Source of the DNA: a virus
Taxonomy: Duplodnaviria; Caudoviricetes
Length of the DNA: 29,115 bases
Virus record (IMG/VR): IMGVR_UViG_3300025571_000387
Location: 1 to 29,115 of that record
Direction: 5' to 3' (one strand)
Part shown: positions 26,901-29,115 of the stretch, piece after piece
How positions within the stretch are numbered: position 1 is the first letter of the stretch
Layout: the number at the start of each line of letters is the position of its first letter
Position numbers and translations under genes: made by a program
The notes under the pieces: generated by a model
Told to the model about the DNA's origin: nothing
Databases searched by the model: none
What the model saw: the letters and a program-made list of their open reading frames with translations, nothing else

Positions 26901-29115
26901 TTGCCGACGTATGATGAGCTTAACGCCGTCATTGGAAAACTGGGGATTGGAATGCAGGAATACCGAAACTACGGAAATGGGAAATACCTTGACCCTGACT
27001 TCTATATTGCCACCGATTGGACCTTCCGTGAAGATGTCATCAAACAGCGGCATAACCAGGCCCATCACTTGGATTTAAAAGATACGACGGGAATTCAAAT
27101 GTATACGAATAATCAGATGGGAAAACTGATCGAAGCGGATGAGGATAACTGGGCAGCGATTCAGGCGTTGGATGAAAAAGTCGAACAAGTGGGAATCGAT
27201 AAGCTCTTCTCAGGAGAGAAAATCGAAGGGTCGCTCGATATTGCTCCGCTAGATTTAACAACATGGGATCCATTAGCTAATCAGCCAAAAGAACCCGTGA
27301 TGGATCCAATGGGGGCGGTGAATCGAGGCGAGGTGGAAAAATGGCTGAAAGATTCTTCTCACCTCTATACGGCTCCTTCTTTTAACGAGCTGGTTCAATG
27401 GGGAGTCATCGCGAGCGGCCAAATCGGGGACTACCAAACATGGTTGAAACAATTAAAACAGCCAAGAGAAGAGCAGGTATACTCCTTTATCTACCATATG
27501 GTGGATCGACTCTGGGTAGACGGTGGATTTGTTTTTAATGATAAAAAACTCTCCAAAAAGAGCGAAGCCTGGGAAAAAGTCACGTATGCAAAAAATGAAG
27601 ACTTCTGGGCAGCTTATTACAACCGATTAAAAGAAACCGACGCGAAACACTTAATTAATGAGAAAGAGGTGGCATTGGGGTCACTAAGCGTAGAAGACCT
27701 AAACAAAGTGGCGCCTGGAATGACGAGAGAGCGGATCGCCAATCTCTTAAAAGCCATCTTTGATGTGCAAAGCGACTGGAGACAAATGACCGCCAATAAT
27801 ATGCCCATTTACAATGCGAAAACCACAGAAGTGGGGATTGGTGGCATCTCGTTAAGAACTCATGCGGTCAATCCTATCATGGCGAAACGACTCGCGTGGG
27901 ATTGGAGATACAACCTCGAATATGCCATTCGCTACTTATATAAGCTGTACACGCAAGCAGCCACGCATCGAGACATCAACATTGCTTCTCGTCCGTGGGA
28001 TTGGATGATCTACGCCTATGCCATGGCCAACAAAGTAACAGATAAGAAGAATGCAGGGGCCGCCTCCTCTTTCTATTCCCAAGTATTAGGGACTTTCCAG
28101 TCCAAATACAATTCTTCCATGCAGCGATTCGCCAGCCCAACCACCGCCAACTCCATTGCCATCCTAGGGGAGGTCAAGAACTTAACCCCTCATCAAGAGG
28201 CGATTATCCGCGGCGAAAAAGAAGCATTATTGGAAGAACTAAAAGCCACGGATTACGGCAAAAAGGAATTAGAGAAGTTGAAAAAGAAAACGGCATTGGA
28301 GGTCGCGGACGCATATGAAAAACATATGAAGAAGCTTTTCCCTCTAGATGGAAAACAGCCTGGCATTGTCTATGGAGGAATATATGATACCTACATGACC
28401 ACCATCGTAGCAAAACATATGGGAAATCAAGACAAGTATAAAGAGCAGTTTGAAAACTACCTGCTCTACAAACAGTTCCGAGAAGACGCACAGAAGCTGG
28501 AAAATTATCTCCTCTTCAATGACGATCCGTATACCATTTACGAAGAAATGTTTACGGACTTGGAGGAATATGACCAGCGCGGCCGACTGGTGCGTGCCTA
28601 TCCGACTTTCCAAATGTTTATTATCGATGAGGGAAGATGGATGGCGAACTATCGCTTGTGGGATAATTTATATGGATTTAACGCGATTCGATCCATCGAT
28701 ATCCACAAGAGCCGAAAAAGCGCCGCAGACACCGCTGTTATTGAAATGACCAACGTTTACAGCAACCTCACTTCCTACCCAGTAACCTCTCAATTCGAAG
28801 AGCACCACTACGATTGGTGGGACAACCTTGTAATGGGAAGACCAAACGAAAAGCTCCTAGAGGCAAGAAAACAACTCCTCACTTCCATGATGCTTCAACC
28901 AGGGGCTCGGATCCATCTTCGTTTGGGATACGGTTCTTGCGTTCCAAATCTTCCAATTGTCTTTAATGGAACGATTACCGATATGGAAGTCGATGAAGTG
29001 GTTCGCATTGTTGCTCTGGGAGATGGGTACGAACTCACCAATATCGTTTCCCCAGACCCTGATGATGAAAACACCAAATGGGGTCAAATTATAGAACCAA
29101 GGGATCTTATCTGTG
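23934..29115 (+). CDS. Large baseplate hub / tail-tip protein (3'-truncated, >1727 aa) with SNase-like, repeated distal-tail-like, degenerate SLT-like and hub domains
   Basis: ATG at 23934 with RBS AAAGGAG (23920-23926). No in-frame stop before the window end, hence absent from the ORF track. Translation begins MQTFMTHMVSW and ends ...IIEPRDLIC. Hub-like motif SIDIHKSRKSAADTAVIEMTN...PGARIHLRLGYG...VFNGTITD near the end. Confidence 0.8.
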   Translation, partial: MQTFMTHMVSWLKPSAKEAWKLSFFHPSQQKVVMVSVGNRGVVVGPRLAEVLSSIEKRIPHYPYELHWQDVKAEPHNEYQVQWVGDTASYIEMSFSTYRHYHRYPHEFGIVQSSGIREVISFETSPSDTSGDTLRSKDYLIVGEFVQVKDGDTLEIRVVQAGIKASQDIRITSGNIIPIRLVGIQIPEAKESGEGIGNQKNFNYAAEFYIPLEETYQIGKEVKEFIQDRLTAGNSLVIVDVDGDEQGHPVADAYGRFLGVVYKARIAHAGEVFDKEEIGYAVSLNKTLLTSKSKQHAHVPLAIPYIPSTNEQGYRRFDVLSWLRELGLAAPSTPTPTANNNVQASSLTFSISANEVESGGSSHTGNVGDVFKAPKGDAPNPSNKEINADPVEIIYGDPPSNRIDFLVPYDDRLEQRVKDPLSKYRVRIGDVDLVIPPLSIQVNRTSNMQKIKTLRSKSSIIFKVGSSMTTLTLELYFHDLDSINGYPVERPTKDGYYYMDGLRPLIAQFKKAPFLPIDNEFINETLGIHNVALVDLSVRTVPGFPHCLAATLTLAKFEIQAYMPQVTYLGSVINYPLFRWYYQEPMNDKHLNNKKRSPYRTWLYPIKSPIDNTLTFQIADEESLQERVQAIKQIRTNDPPTVFREKLEGAETELGRLIKDGQNAQIAKKQWQRWKDGQEDYIVGEENTRFYPPKAVEGIRIQFNNQVGGPGGPNIFEYAPVDILDEKWDKGYFCINLYTSVNLNEIPASYRGGEGKFRGEIPYITVFIPVSEAYRLDPIIERGYKAQEAAEDYIKEYQRLSAIVEAAEGHVRLVNYDIKGQYVVTSINVMYQNEFSMAQVQLTDSPALQYLGIQDPYIQIVIEADQDAVESIREMLEITERYSREYRIGITSGFLGVRNPLIQLFGVETVIPEVVNIHTVPGYPGRFQIEMTLCGFNKTQKRTEKLEGISPIYGVPDMKDIHASEFNPASQEAVIERKMMNLEAYPDLELPTYDELNAVIGKLGIGMQEYRNYGNGKYLDPDFYIATDWTFREDVIKQRHNQAHHLDLKDTTGIQMYTNNQMGKLIEADEDNWAAIQALDEKVEQVGIDKLFSGEKIEGSLDIAPLDLTTWDPLANQPKEPVMDPMGAVNRGEVEKWLKDSSHLYTAPSFNELVQWGVIASGQIGDYQTWLKQLKQPREEQVYSFIYHMVDRLWVDGGFVFNDKKLSKKSEAWEKVTYAKNEDFWAAYYNRLKETDAKHLINEKEVALGSLSVEDLNKVAPGMTRERIANLLKAIFDVQSDWRQMTANNMPIYNAKTTEVGIGGISLRTHAVNPIMAKRLAWDWRYNLEYAIRYLYKLYTQAATHRDINIASRPWDWMIYAYAMANKVTDKKNAGAASSFYSQVLGTFQSKYNSSMQRFASPTTANSIAILGEVKNLTPHQEAIIRGEKEALLEELKATDYGKKELEKLKKKTALEVADAYEKHMKKLFPLDGKQPGIVYGGIYDTYMTTIVAKHMGNQDKYKEQFENYLLYKQFREDAQKLENYLLFNDDPYTIYEEMFTDLEEYDQRGRLVRAYPTFQMFIIDEGRWMANYRLWDNLYGFNAIRSIDIHKSRKSAADTAVIEMTNVYSNLTSYPVTSQFEEHHYDWWDNLVMGRPNEKLLEARKQLLTSMMLQPGARIHLRLGYGSCVPNLPIVFNGTITDMEVDEVVRIVALGDGYELTNIVSPDPDDENTKWGQIIEPRDLIC

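Overview
The window is a single + strand virion-morphogenesis operon of a large contractile-tailed phage or prophage, most likely from a Bacillota host (AAGGAGG ribosome-binding sites, IS605-type ends). In order it holds: the 3' end of a major capsid gene; a 354-bp protein-free IS200/IS605-family element; neck and adaptor genes; two sheath paralogues; three tube paralogues; two tail-chaperone paralogues; a 2050-aa tape-measure-like protein; a 2446-aa protein; and a >1727-aa baseplate-hub-like ORF that runs off the window and is missing from the ORF track. The main result is that the 2446-aa protein carries, in the correct order, motifs of both halves of a two-barrel RNA polymerase (beta-like YD, K-x7-R, RYGRKE; beta'-like SGR, NRYPT, ADYDGD). 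It also has an N-terminal DEDDh 3'-5' exonuclease and a tape-measure-like C-terminus, so it is a candidate virion-packaged single-chain RNA polymerase. Both neighbouring giant proteins carry staphylococcal-nuclease-like domains. The small IS element retains an omega-RNA-like right end and sits in the loop of a hairpin just after the capsid gene. All assignments come from reading motifs by eye; no database searches were run.
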